From an uncultured bacterium (GTDB lineage Bacteria > Myxococcota_A > UBA796 > CAJQPC01), in contig CAJQPC010000113.1 in assembly GCA_905480105.1 (NCBI GenBank), forward strand, positions 26,705-90,704: a stretch of DNA of 64,000 nucleotides, written 5' to 3'. Made by a program: the position numbers and the translations under genes. Shown here one piece after another: positions 54,538 to 63,833 of the stretch. Positions within the stretch are counted from its first letter, which is position 1; each line of letters begins with the position of its first letter. Below the pieces are notes generated by a model. It saw only the letters and a program-made list of their open reading frames with translations. It was not told where the DNA came from and did not search any database.

Positions 54538-55517
54538 ACCGTCGAACTTTGTTGCGTGCCGCCGCTGGTGTGCTGGTGCTGGCTGCTGGTCTGAGCGCTG
54601 CTGCCCCCGCGGTGCAGGCCCAAGACACCAAGACTGTCTGTGTTTACGATCCCAGTGGAAAGAACGGGGACGCCTTTAAGCAGGCAGTCAAGTACCAGAC
54701 CGCTGCCGCTGGAATGGGCGTGACCCTGACACTAAAGCCCTACACGGACGAGGCCATCGCGGCCCAAGACTTCGCCAACAAGCAGTGTGACGCAGCGCTG
54801 TTGACTGGCGTGCGCGCCCAGAAGTTCTCCAAGGCCAGCTACTCGGTCGAGGCCTTGGGTCTCCTGCAGTCCTACGACGACCTGGGTTCTGCCATCAAGG
54901 TGCTCTCTAAGGAGGGCGCCTCCAGGCTGATGGTTTCCGGCGATTACGAGGTGGCTGGCATCTATCCGGCTGGCGCTGTGTACCTGTATGTGGGGGACAA
55001 GAACACGGCAGACTTGCGGGCCTTGGCTGGCAAGAAGATCGCCACCCTGACCTTTGACGACGCGGCAATGACCATGGTGCGCCACGTTGGGGCGACTCCA
55101 GTGCCCGCTGACATTGGTACCTTTGCCAGCCTGTTCAACGAGGGTGGCGTGGATGTTTGCTACGCGCCGGCCACCGCATACAACCCGTTGGAGCTGCACC
55201 GCGGCTTGGGGGAGAGCGGCGGGATCATTCGCTTCCCGGTCAGCCAGCTCACCTTGCAGCTCTTGATTCGCAGTGAGGAGTTCCCTGCTGACTTTGGCCT
55301 ACAGTCCCGTGCTTGGGCAGCCAGCCAGTTCGACACTCTGATGGGCGTCGTGAAGAAGGGCGAGGGCAGTGTGTCTGCCAAGCATTGGATCGAGCTGCCT
55401 GAAGAGGACCACCAGCTCTACCGCGACATGCTGACCAAGGTGCGCGGGGAGCTGACCGCAAAGGGCCAGTACGACCCCACCACGGTGGCACTGCTCGAGC
55501 AGCTCACCGGCCAATAG
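54534..55517 (+). CDS. Tat-signal periplasmic solute-binding-like protein
   Basis: MNRRTLLRAAAGVLVLAAGLSAAAPAVQA. The body alternates beta/alpha like type II binding proteins (KTVCVYDPSGK...CDAALLTGV...GKKIATLTFDDAAMTMV). Family not resolved. Confidence 0.4.
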   Translation: MNRRTLLRAAAGVLVLAAGLSAAAPAVQAQDTKTVCVYDPSGKNGDAFKQAVKYQTAAAGMGVTLTLKPYTDEAIAAQDFANKQCDAALLTGVRAQKFSKASYSVEALGLLQSYDDLGSAIKVLSKEGASRLMVSGDYEVAGIYPAGAVYLYVGDKNTADLRALAGKKIATLTFDDAAMTMVRHVGATPVPADIGTFASLFNEGGVDVCYAPATAYNPLELHRGLGESGGIIRFPVSQLTLQLLIRSEEFPADFGLQSRAWAASQFDTLMGVVKKGEGSVSAKHWIELPEEDHQLYRDMLTKVRGELTAKGQYDPTTVALLEQLTGQ

Positions 55518-55649
55518 CTCTGTTTGTGTCGCCCTCCGGGCCGACGTTCGGCCTTCGCTGAAGCGAACGCATCTCAGCCGAGTCGGCGCCTTGCGGCTTC
55601 TTTGTCGGCCGAGAGACGTCCGACGCCGGCCGAAAGCTGTGTTTCCGTC

Positions 55650-55685
55650 GCGCCAGGCTCGAAGCTGCAGCTTCGAGCCTGGCGC
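55650..55685. repeat. perfect 36-nt palindrome, candidate bidirectional terminator or protein-binding site
   Basis: GCGCCAGGCTCGAAGCTGCAGCTTCGAGCCTGGCGC equals its own reverse complement (checked base by base). It lies 10 nt beyond the stop of the minus-strand lipoprotein gene and 133 nt beyond the stop of the plus-strand gene. Confidence 0.6.
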
Positions 55686-55694
55686 CGGACAGCC

Positions 55695-57203
55695 CTAAAA
55701 GCAGCTTCGAGGGTCCTTGGTGTCGCGGGTCCGAGGGGCATCGCTCTGCTCTGCGACCAAGCCTTCCGGCCAACGGACAATGCCGGCGGTCCACTCTTGG
55801 TTGTTGCTGAGCACCTGGGACTGCTCCAGCTCCAACACCCCGTTGATGTAGTAGCGCAGGGTCGCGGTGGACTCGCCGTCGCCGTTTGCATCGAAGTAGT
55901 GAACGACCACGGGATAGCGGCCGTCGGCTGGCGCGAGCACGTTGATGTTCTCGGGGCCAAAGCCGCCGCGATCATCAATGTCCAGCCGCGGGTCGTCGTC
56001 GGAGCTGGTCAGGGCCCCCCAGTTGGGGCTGCGGTTGCAGAAGCAAGCGTCGTCGGGCGAGTCGAAGAGCTCGGTCTCCTCGTCCCGCAGCATGTGTAGG
56101 TCCATGTCGGCGCTGCTGGTGTTCCACAGCAGCTCCACGTGGATGGCATCCTCTGGGATGGCGTCTATGTCGCACTCAGCCGGGGCGCTCTTGACCCCGA
56201 GCTCGTTGACCACCTGCAGGGTGACCTCGTAGCTGCCCGCAATGTCAAAATAGACCTGGGCGGAATCCCCTACGGTGTCGGTCATCTCTGCGCTGGCGCC
56301 AGATGGCACCCGACCCAAACTCCAGATGTACTCGACGATCTCCAGTCCGTTGGGCTCGTAGGAGGCGCTGCCATCTAGGGTGCGGGTCTCTGGAGGAGCG
56401 ATGTCCGAGGGACAGTCGATCAGAGCCACCGGGTACTGGTAGTCGCCGCCGCCGTTGCCCAGCAGCTGGACGGTGAGCTCGGGTTCATCGGGGTCGTCGC
56501 TGCGCAGAGTCCAGGATCCATTGTCTCCGTCGGTGCTCTCCGGCAGGTAGGAGACGATTGCAGTGGTGCTGCCACCGGCTGAAATGACCGTGTTGTCGTT
56601 GGGTTTTTGGGCGAAAGTGAAGGCACCTGAGCCGGTCTGGGTGCTGTCCAAGATGGTCAGGGGACCGTCGCCGATGTTGTTGATGGTGATCCACTGGATG
56701 ACCGGCTGGCCGGGGGTGACCACATCGAAGTCCAGGGTCTGAGTGTCCAGCTCGATGTCTGGGGTGGGCCCGTCGGAGCCAGTGCCCGTGACCGAGAGCT
56801 CAAAGTCGGCTTGGTCGGGGTCATTGTGGACGAAGCTTAGGGCGGTGTCGTAGTCCTGGTAGGTGCCAGGGAGGAAGCTCACCGAGAGCTGTAGGCGCTC
56901 GTCCCCATCCAGAGTGATGGGGAGATCCAGCGGGATCTCACTTGCCTGAGTTCCGGTGTCCTGCTCCGCCAGCTCCTCCAGGGCCATGAGGGTGTAGGCT
57001 CCGTTAAAGTCGTTGTTAAAGGTGATCTCTTTCAACACCAGCTCCACGCGTCCGCCGTTGATGATCTCCACGACTGCAGACGCCTGGTAGTCCACAACAA
57101 CCTCGCCGAAGTTCACCTCGCCGGGGCTCACCACCAAGGAGGGGTAGAGCTGGGTGATGTTGGACTCGGTCGGGGTGCAGGCGGCGAGCAGGGCCAGCAG
57201 CAT
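55695..57203 (-). CDS. lipoprotein with ASH/choice-of-anchor-D-like domains and a C-terminal beta-sandwich
   Basis: Start MLLALLAAC|TP (ATG 57203, GGAGA upstream). FGEVVVDYQASAVVEIINGGRVELVL and LDFDVVTPGQPVIQWITINNIGDGPLTI. C-terminal DMDLHML...DIDDRGGFGPENINV...VVVHYFDANGDG. Confidence 0.5.
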   Translation of the reverse strand: MLLALLAACTPTESNITQLYPSLVVSPGEVNFGEVVVDYQASAVVEIINGGRVELVLKEITFNNDFNGAYTLMALEELAEQDTGTQASEIPLDLPITLDGDERLQLSVSFLPGTYQDYDTALSFVHNDPDQADFELSVTGTGSDGPTPDIELDTQTLDFDVVTPGQPVIQWITINNIGDGPLTILDSTQTGSGAFTFAQKPNDNTVISAGGSTTAIVSYLPESTDGDNGSWTLRSDDPDEPELTVQLLGNGGGDYQYPVALIDCPSDIAPPETRTLDGSASYEPNGLEIVEYIWSLGRVPSGASAEMTDTVGDSAQVYFDIAGSYEVTLQVVNELGVKSAPAECDIDAIPEDAIHVELLWNTSSADMDLHMLRDEETELFDSPDDACFCNRSPNWGALTSSDDDPRLDIDDRGGFGPENINVLAPADGRYPVVVHYFDANGDGESTATLRYYINGVLELEQSQVLSNNQEWTAGIVRWPEGLVAEQSDAPRTRDTKDPRSCF

Positions 57204-57342
57204 GGGGTTCTCCTCTCTGGCCCCCAGGGTACCCTGCCTGGAGAGGACTTGCCCCTTCACCCTTCTCTGACATGTATCAGCAGGCCGCTGCAGCATCAGG
57301 TTAGGGTACGCTCAGCCCCCGGTTGGGTGAGCTGGAGAGAGA

Positions 57343-58287
57343 ATGACGCGCTTATCCCTGGGACTGCTGGGAACTATGCTGGCTTGCCAGAGCTGCCAAG
57401 GCTGCAAGCCGGAGCTGCCCAACGTCGACACCTCCGAGCCGCAGGACAGTGAGAAAGACGACAGCGACAGCGCCCAGGACTCTCCCGTAGACACCGACAC
57501 CGCACCACCACCGCCCTGTGAGTTCCCAGAGCTGGAGCCCAACAACAACCCCGGTCAAGCGACCGTCGCTGAGCTGGAAGCTTGGGCTTGCGGGGTGTTT
57601 GAAGCGGCCTACGACTTTGATCACTTCCAGGTCGAGGTGCCCTATGCGGGCTGGCTGAAGGTGGACGTTGACGCGGCCGAGCGCGGTAGCTCTGCCGCGC
57701 CTTTTTTGTTTGTAGAGAGCGACAGCGGCTTGGGCTTTGGAGCGGATGCCGGAGCGAGCAGCACGGATCCGCTGTTGGTGGTTCCGATCCCCAGTTCTGG
57801 CACCTTCACCATCCTGCTCACCGACGGCTACAACGGATCTGGCCTGGACTTTGACTACCAAGTCAAGACCAGCCTGACCAAGGCCCCACTGAGTTGGGAC
57901 TACGGCATGACCGACGGCACCTCCAAAGATGCACCGATGAGCATGGACTGGGGGGACCGCGTCTACGGCGTGGTCGATGACAGTCAGACCGTTCACTGGA
58001 TCGAGCTGCCCGTGCCCGAGGGCAAGGCCGATGTGCAGTTCCAGGTCATGGCACACCGCTATGGCAGCCCTCTAAGCAGCACCTTGCGCCTTTTCCCTCG
58101 CAGCGACGGGGAGCTTCCCGATAAGCCGACAGAGTTGGCCAACAGCGACCCAGACTCCAGCTCTTGGGACCCCATCCTACGGTTAAGTGCCGAGGGAGAG
58201 GAGAGCTGGGTGGTGAGCATCAAGGTCACCGAGGGCAGTGGCACCGGTGACCTGTATTGGTTTGTCTTTGAGGCCATTGAACTGTAG
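57343..58287 (+). CDS. lipoprotein with pre-peptidase C-terminal (PPC)-like domains
   Basis: Lipobox LLGTMLAC. ELEPNNNPGQATVAEL...DFDHFQVEV is the E-P-N-(D/N) PPC pattern. Confidence 0.5.
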   Translation: MTRLSLGLLGTMLACQSCQGCKPELPNVDTSEPQDSEKDDSDSAQDSPVDTDTAPPPPCEFPELEPNNNPGQATVAELEAWACGVFEAAYDFDHFQVEVPYAGWLKVDVDAAERGSSAAPFLFVESDSGLGFGADAGASSTDPLLVVPIPSSGTFTILLTDGYNGSGLDFDYQVKTSLTKAPLSWDYGMTDGTSKDAPMSMDWGDRVYGVVDDSQTVHWIELPVPEGKADVQFQVMAHRYGSPLSSTLRLFPRSDGELPDKPTELANSDPDSSSWDPILRLSAEGEESWVVSIKVTEGSGTGDLYWFVFEAIEL

Positions 58288-58359
58288 AGACCGGTTTAGA
58301 GAACGGTTTGTCCGTGCCAGGACGCTGTTGACCCCCAGCGGGGTCTAACCCCCATAGAG

Positions 58360-59388
58360 ATGGAGAATCCCATGACCATGATGCTCTTGCTGGCAGCCTT
58401 TGGCTGCAAGAAGGATGCTGAAGATACCGCCGTGGGAGATGACACTTCGGTGAACGACACCTCCCTTGTGGACGACACTGGAGAGGAGGCCTGCCAGGTC
58501 AAGCCCAGCGAGTTCGCCCCCGAGGACGAGGCCAGCGAGGTCTATTACCGCACGGAGATGAGCGTGGCGTTTACCGGCGCGGTCTCCTCGGCGACCTTCG
58601 AGTTGGCCTTGGCCGACGGCACCAAGCCTATGATGTTGGAAGAGCAATGGGGGGACCCAGCAGACCGAGTGACCCTGCTCTCAGGCACACCCTTGGAGCC
58701 GGATTCCGACTACGCGCTCTCGGTCACCGTCTGCGGTCAGACCTACGTGAACACCTTCTCCACCTCGATCTACGGCAAGCCCCTTGAGGTTGGCCCGGAG
58801 GAGCTGGTCGAGCGCAGCTACCTGATCAAGCTGGAGGACGTGAAGTTCGTCAAGCCGGACAACGTCGCCACCCTGATCAAGACCTTCCTAGACATGCCCA
58901 TCCTGGTCAACGTGCAGACCGTGGACGGCCAGGACATGACCCTGGTCGGTGCCGAAGGTTGGATCGACAGCTCCGGTGGGGTGAACCAGCGCAAGCGCCG
59001 CGACAGTGCCGATGTGCCCACCTGGGATTTTGAGGGCGTGGACTTTAGCCAGCCGCCCTACTTCAAGGCCGACAGCCCCGGCATCGTACTCGTGTACGAC
59101 GGCATCGACATCCCAGTCTACGATTTCCACCTGGAGGGCACCTTTGCGGCAGACGCCAGCAGCTTTGGCGGCGGACGGCTCTGGGGCTTGGCCGACACCC
59201 GAGACACGGCCCCCTTGCTCAACGAGTCGGACCCCAACCATGTCTGTGATTTGGTGGCCAGCTTTGGCGCCGAGTGCGAGCCTTGCCCAGACGGGGAGGT
59301 GTATTGCCTCTTTCTTCAGGGAGAGGACATCACCGCAGACGAGGTCGAGGTGGTCAACACCTTCGAGCGCATCACCCTGGAAGAGTAG
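58360..59388 (+). CDS. hypothetical lipoprotein
   Basis: Lipobox MMLLLAAFGC|KKD with an acidic linker. No motif. Confidence 0.45.
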   Translation: MENPMTMMLLLAAFGCKKDAEDTAVGDDTSVNDTSLVDDTGEEACQVKPSEFAPEDEASEVYYRTEMSVAFTGAVSSATFELALADGTKPMMLEEQWGDPADRVTLLSGTPLEPDSDYALSVTVCGQTYVNTFSTSIYGKPLEVGPEELVERSYLIKLEDVKFVKPDNVATLIKTFLDMPILVNVQTVDGQDMTLVGAEGWIDSSGGVNQRKRRDSADVPTWDFEGVDFSQPPYFKADSPGIVLVYDGIDIPVYDFHLEGTFAADASSFGGGRLWGLADTRDTAPLLNESDPNHVCDLVASFGAECEPCPDGEVYCLFLQGEDITADEVEVVNTFERITLEE

Positions 59389-59404
59389 GTCTTCTTAGGC
59401 CGGC

Positions 59405-60205
59405 TCAGAGCATGCCTAAAATATCGTCTAGGCCTTGGCGAACGGTCGCCAGGTCCTTGTCGCTCATCGGGTCCTTTTGCGTGATCATCCGCAGGTTGAG
59501 CAGGGTCTGCTCTAAGGGTGCCAACATGCCGGAGGGGATGGTGTCCTGTCCGGTGCTGGCAACGTAGGCGCTGAAGTACTCCCCGACGTGGGGGTGGTGA
59601 AACAGTGCGTGGCCTGGGCCGGGGTTGTCTATGGCCTGTAGCCCTTGGGCGATGAGCAGGTAGGCCTGCATCCAAGCGCCTGCCAAGAGCACCGGTAAGA
59701 GCTCGTTGTTGCTCTGGGACTCCATGTTCATCAGCAGCCCTGCGTGAAGCTGATCCAACTGGATGCTGACCTGTGCCGGCGCGGGGTCCTGTGAGAGGAA
59801 GACCAAGAGCTTAGAGGTCTCCTGCAGTCCTAAGCCCTCGTCGTTCAGACTGGCTAATCCTGCTTGGATGCGCTGGACCCTCTCGGCGAGCTTGGCGGAC
59901 TCCGTGACGGGCGCTTCTACCAAGAGCGCGCCAATCTCTGCCCCAGTGCGGGCTGCTGCGATGGTGGAGACGCTTACGTCGGTCTTGTAGGAGACCTGGG
60001 CCGCGTACTCCGCGCAGGCTGCTTGGACCCCATGGGTCTGAAGGCTCAGGGCCACCAAGCTAGGCGCAGGCATCAGCTCCGGATCTTCAGGCCAGGCATC
60101 GAAGGTGGGCAGCTCCGATTCCGTGGACGCTTCCACGACGGGCAGTTCCACTGCATCGGACGCGGGTTCTAAGGCGCCTGTGCAGGCGAAGAGTAGGAGC
60201 AGCAC
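59405..60205 (-). CDS. hypothetical helical lipoprotein
   Basis: The GTG start shares 1 nt with the upstream TAG (60205). Lipobox MLLLLFAC|TG. Confidence 0.45.
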   Translation of the reverse strand: MLLLLFACTGALEPASDAVELPVVEASTESELPTFDAWPEDPELMPAPSLVALSLQTHGVQAACAEYAAQVSYKTDVSVSTIAAARTGAEIGALLVEAPVTESAKLAERVQRIQAGLASLNDEGLGLQETSKLLVFLSQDPAPAQVSIQLDQLHAGLLMNMESQSNNELLPVLLAGAWMQAYLLIAQGLQAIDNPGPGHALFHHPHVGEYFSAYVASTGQDTIPSGMLAPLEQTLLNLRMITQKDPMSDKDLATVRQGLDDILGML

Positions 60206-61296
60206 TAGCGGATCACAACGGTGGCACCCTGCTCTGGGAGCAGCTCAGTCAAGTTGTTGGGAGTGGTCCAGACCTGGCCGGTGTGGTTGATGACCACCAT
60301 GGCGTACTCTCCGCGAGGGAAGGCATCGCCACTGAGAAGGTCTACGCTGCCGTCGGCGTTCGTGCGCTGGGCGACAGGAAGGAACATCAGGGGCAGGGTG
60401 TCCGTGGCGTAGGGCGTATTCACTGCTAACCCATCGGGCAGGCCGGACGGCGATACAAGCACTTGAGTAGTGACCTGGTCCTCCACCGGGTTGCCGTCCA
60501 GGTCACGCAGGTAGCTCAAGACCACCAAAGGCCACATGTCCAGCCCACCCAAGGCCGCCACCTGCGGGTCCGAGAAAGGGTCGGCTACGCCATCGCCGTC
60601 TAGATCCTTCTTCATGACTGTGAACAGAGTGGGGCAGTCTTTCGCGGTGGGCGGGTTCAGGCGGAGCAGGGGGCTCTCAATGCCTGTGGAGCGCAGGGTC
60701 AGGGTCTGGAGAGTGCCGGCCAAGTCAGCGGGGTCCGGTACAATCAGTGGGTCGAAGCTGGGGTTCTCGGTGTCCATCACGTACGCCGGCCGCTCGGTTG
60801 TGAGGGGGGACCCGAGTAGCAAGCTCAGCTCTTCGATGTTTTGGGCGGTCCCTAAGCGCACAGGCAATGGACCGCTGGCCGTCGCCGAGGCCACGTAGGC
60901 GCCCGTCTGGTCTCCACAGGTCGCGCCGCCCGCGTAGTCGCTGATTCCTGGGAAAGGATTGAAATCCCCGTCATTGTCGACCAGGGCGGTGATCAGGTAG
61001 TCCCCCGGGGGCACGTTGGTCATGGACCATGCCGCCGAGGCGACGCCGTCCACGTCTGCATAGGTGGCATAGGACCAGGCGTCTCGGGATACCGTTGAAA
61101 ATGTGGCAGGGGAGCCAAAGCCGGCTGGGGGAGGTGGGTCATTCAGGTCGTAGAGCAGCACGTGGCCCACCCCGGGGCCGCCGGTGGGGGTCCCTTGAAT
61201 GAGCACGAGCTCACCGGAGACCGCGGCTTGGCTGGGGTAGCTGGCGCTGTCCTCGATCAATGGGGCCGTGTAGCAGGCCAGGCTGAGCAGAAGCAT
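60205..61296 (-). CDS. hypothetical lipoprotein (beta-rich)
   Basis: The ATG lies 2 nt after the TonB-dependent receptor stop. Lipobox MLLLSLAC. Confidence 0.45.
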   Translation of the reverse strand: MLLLSLACYTAPLIEDSASYPSQAAVSGELVLIQGTPTGGPGVGHVLLYDLNDPPPPAGFGSPATFSTVSRDAWSYATYADVDGVASAAWSMTNVPPGDYLITALVDNDGDFNPFPGISDYAGGATCGDQTGAYVASATASGPLPVRLGTAQNIEELSLLLGSPLTTERPAYVMDTENPSFDPLIVPDPADLAGTLQTLTLRSTGIESPLLRLNPPTAKDCPTLFTVMKKDLDGDGVADPFSDPQVAALGGLDMWPLVVLSYLRDLDGNPVEDQVTTQVLVSPSGLPDGLAVNTPYATDTLPLMFLPVAQRTNADGSVDLLSGDAFPRGEYAMVVINHTGQVWTTPNNLTELLPEQGATVVIR

Positions 61297-61298
61297 GA

Positions 61299-63824
61299 TC
61301 AGAACCTGTAGGCCAAGGAGGCGGTGTAGCGGGAGCCAACGGGCTGACCCAAGGGATGCTGCTTGGTGGGGCCGGTCAGGTCGGCGGTCCAGTTCCAGGC
61401 GCTCAGGGAGAGGGTCACGGGGGCCGCCGGGGTCCAGGCCAGTCTGGCGGTGGCGATGAGCCGTGAGGGAAGCTCTACGTCTGTGATGGCCACTTGTCCG
61501 GTCTCGTCAAAGGAGCGAATGCCCCATACCTGCCGGTCCACGAACTGTGCGCCCAGGGTGGCGTCCAACTGGTAGGGACTGCGGTAGACCACTTGCCCGT
61601 TGACTTTGTGGCGGGGATTCGAGCGCACCGCTGTGGTCTGTCCATCCAGGCTCTGGTTGATGAACTCCAAGGCGTAGGAGCCCGTCAGGTCCAAGCCGGT
61701 CAGGCCGAAGTAGTCCGCTGAGACCTCGCCGCCTGCAGCCCGGTATGTGGTGGCCTCGTTCACAAAGCTGCTTTCCCCTGCAATGTAGACCCCAGCATCC
61801 GGGTCAAAGCCCGACTCAGGGTAGCCAGTGGTGTCCACCGGCCCCAGATCGATCAGGTCATCCACCTGATACACAAACAGGTTCGCTTCGGCCCGGAACA
61901 CGTCGCTGGACTCGTCCATGTACCCAAGCTCAAATGCGGTGATGCGCTCCGGGCGAAGGTTCTGGTCCCCGATGGTGCGCGCTTGAATACCGTCTGTACC
62001 CGTAGAGAGGTACAGGTCAGCGTAGGACTCCATGTAGGTGGGCGTGCGGAAAGCCGTGCCCCCGTTGACCCGTAGCGCTCTGCCTGGTCCCAGGCTGGTG
62101 ATCACGGCCAAGCGAGGGCTGGCCACTGGGCGCTCCAAGAGCGGGTGTCGGTCCACGCGCACGGCCGCGTTCACCAGCACCGGGTCAAAGCGGCTCTGGA
62201 GCTGGGCGTAGCCGCCCAAGTGGTGCTCTACCGGAGACTGGCCCAAAAAGTCCCAATCTATCTGCTTGTATCGGTAGTTTACGCCCACCAGCAGTTTGTG
62301 TTGCTCGGCTTGCCCAAAGCCAAAGTCACCAGTGAGGGTGGCGTCGGCGATGGTGGAGTCCAGGTTCGCGTTCAACGGGGCCGTGGTGCCGGCTGGCTCG
62401 TACCAGTTGCCGAGCACGCCACCCTGGCGGTTCACGAAGACCCGAGCATAGAAGGGCCCGTAGCCAGCATCCGCACGTGCATAGGACAGTCGCTGGTCAA
62501 AGTAGAAATTCCGCAGCGCGCCGAGGGAATAGAGCTCCACAAGGCCGTCGCTCACGCCGCCAGAGACGCTGGCAAAGCCCCCGTCTCCGATGCGCCAGTC
62601 CAGCTGTCCGTTGGCGGTCAGCGTCTCCATTGAGCGGTCCTGGTTGGCCAGGGTCGAGGTCCAGTAGGGGTCGGTGTCCAGATCGATCTCTCTGCCCCAG
62701 CGGCCCAAGGTGGTGTACCCGGCGCTGGCCCGGTAGCCCACGTCGCCGCTGCGACCGGTGATCACAGTGGCCCCTTGGGTGGTGCCCTTTGTGCCGACCG
62801 TGAAGCGGGCCACGTTCTGGGCGCCGGGCTCGCCAGGGGTCTGGGTGATGATGTTGACCACACCGGCGAAGGCGTCAGCGCCGTAGATAGCGGAGCCGGG
62901 GCCACGGATGACCTCGATGCGCTCGATCTCATCCATGGTGACCGGCAGGGACGCCCACAGGGTCGTGCCCACCGAGTCTAGATAGACTGTTCGGCCGTCC
63001 ACCAACACGAGCAGCTTGTTGCTTAGGCGTCGGTTAAAACCACGGGCGCTCACGTCTGCTTGCCCTGCAGTTAGCTGCATCACGTCCATTCCTGGCACAG
63101 TCGCCAAGAGCTCGGGAATGGTGGTTGCGCCGCTGGCCTGAATGTCTTCTCGCTCGATCAGGGTGACCGCGGCGGGAGCCTCCAAGGGGTCCTGACCAAA
63201 GCGCGATGCGGTGACCACCTTGCGGGCGTAGAGGTCTTTGACCAGACCGCCCTCTAAGCCAGCGCCCTGCTTGGGGAGGGGGCCTGAGCCACCCAGTGTT
63301 GGGCCGTCGGGCTTGTCTGTAGCCTGGGCGGTGGCGGCCTCTCGCTGGGCCAATGCGTCGGCCAGCGCCGAGAGTTCCTGGGCGTAGCGCTGGAGTTGTG
63401 CAATCTCATCGGCGGTCGCGCTGCCCCCGCCCGCTCCGCCCACCGATGGTGTTCTGGGCGCGGTCGGTTGAGCATCGGCCAAGCGAGCCTGCATCAAGCG
63501 AATGTTCGCCTCGACTTCGGCTCGGTCGATGGGCTCGGTCTGCAGGTAGCGTTCAAAGTAGACGATGGCCTGTTTGTAGTCCCCAGCATCCGCATAGGCT
63601 CGGCCGATATTGTAGAGCACCACAGGATGTGGAACCAGGGAATAGGCTCGTTCAAAGGCAGATATTCCACCTTCGTAGTCTCCTTCTGCAATGAGTTCCA
63701 GACCGCTATTAAACGCCCTTCGAGCCTCGTCCTTGGGATCCGCGTGGGCCGCTGGACTCACCAGCATCAGGGCCAGTAAGGTTAACCATCCCGCGGCCTT
63801 CCGTGGGGTGCGTAGCCTGCTCAT
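61299..63824 (-). CDS. TonB-dependent receptor with N-terminal TPR extension
   Basis: Signal ...LMLVSPAAHA. TPR text AEGDYEGGISAFERAYSL and NIGRAYADAGDYKQAIVYFERYLQ. Plug VVTASRFGQDPLEAPAAVTLIEREDIQASGATTIPELLATVPGMDV and GPGSAIYGADAFAGVVNIIT. Barrel ending TASLAYRF. Confidence 0.85.
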   Translation of the reverse strand: MSRLRTPRKAAGWLTLLALMLVSPAAHADPKDEARRAFNSGLELIAEGDYEGGISAFERAYSLVPHPVVLYNIGRAYADAGDYKQAIVYFERYLQTEPIDRAEVEANIRLMQARLADAQPTAPRTPSVGGAGGGSATADEIAQLQRYAQELSALADALAQREAATAQATDKPDGPTLGGSGPLPKQGAGLEGGLVKDLYARKVVTASRFGQDPLEAPAAVTLIEREDIQASGATTIPELLATVPGMDVMQLTAGQADVSARGFNRRLSNKLLVLVDGRTVYLDSVGTTLWASLPVTMDEIERIEVIRGPGSAIYGADAFAGVVNIITQTPGEPGAQNVARFTVGTKGTTQGATVITGRSGDVGYRASAGYTTLGRWGREIDLDTDPYWTSTLANQDRSMETLTANGQLDWRIGDGGFASVSGGVSDGLVELYSLGALRNFYFDQRLSYARADAGYGPFYARVFVNRQGGVLGNWYEPAGTTAPLNANLDSTIADATLTGDFGFGQAEQHKLLVGVNYRYKQIDWDFLGQSPVEHHLGGYAQLQSRFDPVLVNAAVRVDRHPLLERPVASPRLAVITSLGPGRALRVNGGTAFRTPTYMESYADLYLSTGTDGIQARTIGDQNLRPERITAFELGYMDESSDVFRAEANLFVYQVDDLIDLGPVDTTGYPESGFDPDAGVYIAGESSFVNEATTYRAAGGEVSADYFGLTGLDLTGSYALEFINQSLDGQTTAVRSNPRHKVNGQVVYRSPYQLDATLGAQFVDRQVWGIRSFDETGQVAITDVELPSRLIATARLAWTPAAPVTLSLSAWNWTADLTGPTKQHPLGQPVGSRYTASLAYRF

Positions 63825-63833
63825 GTGGGCTTC

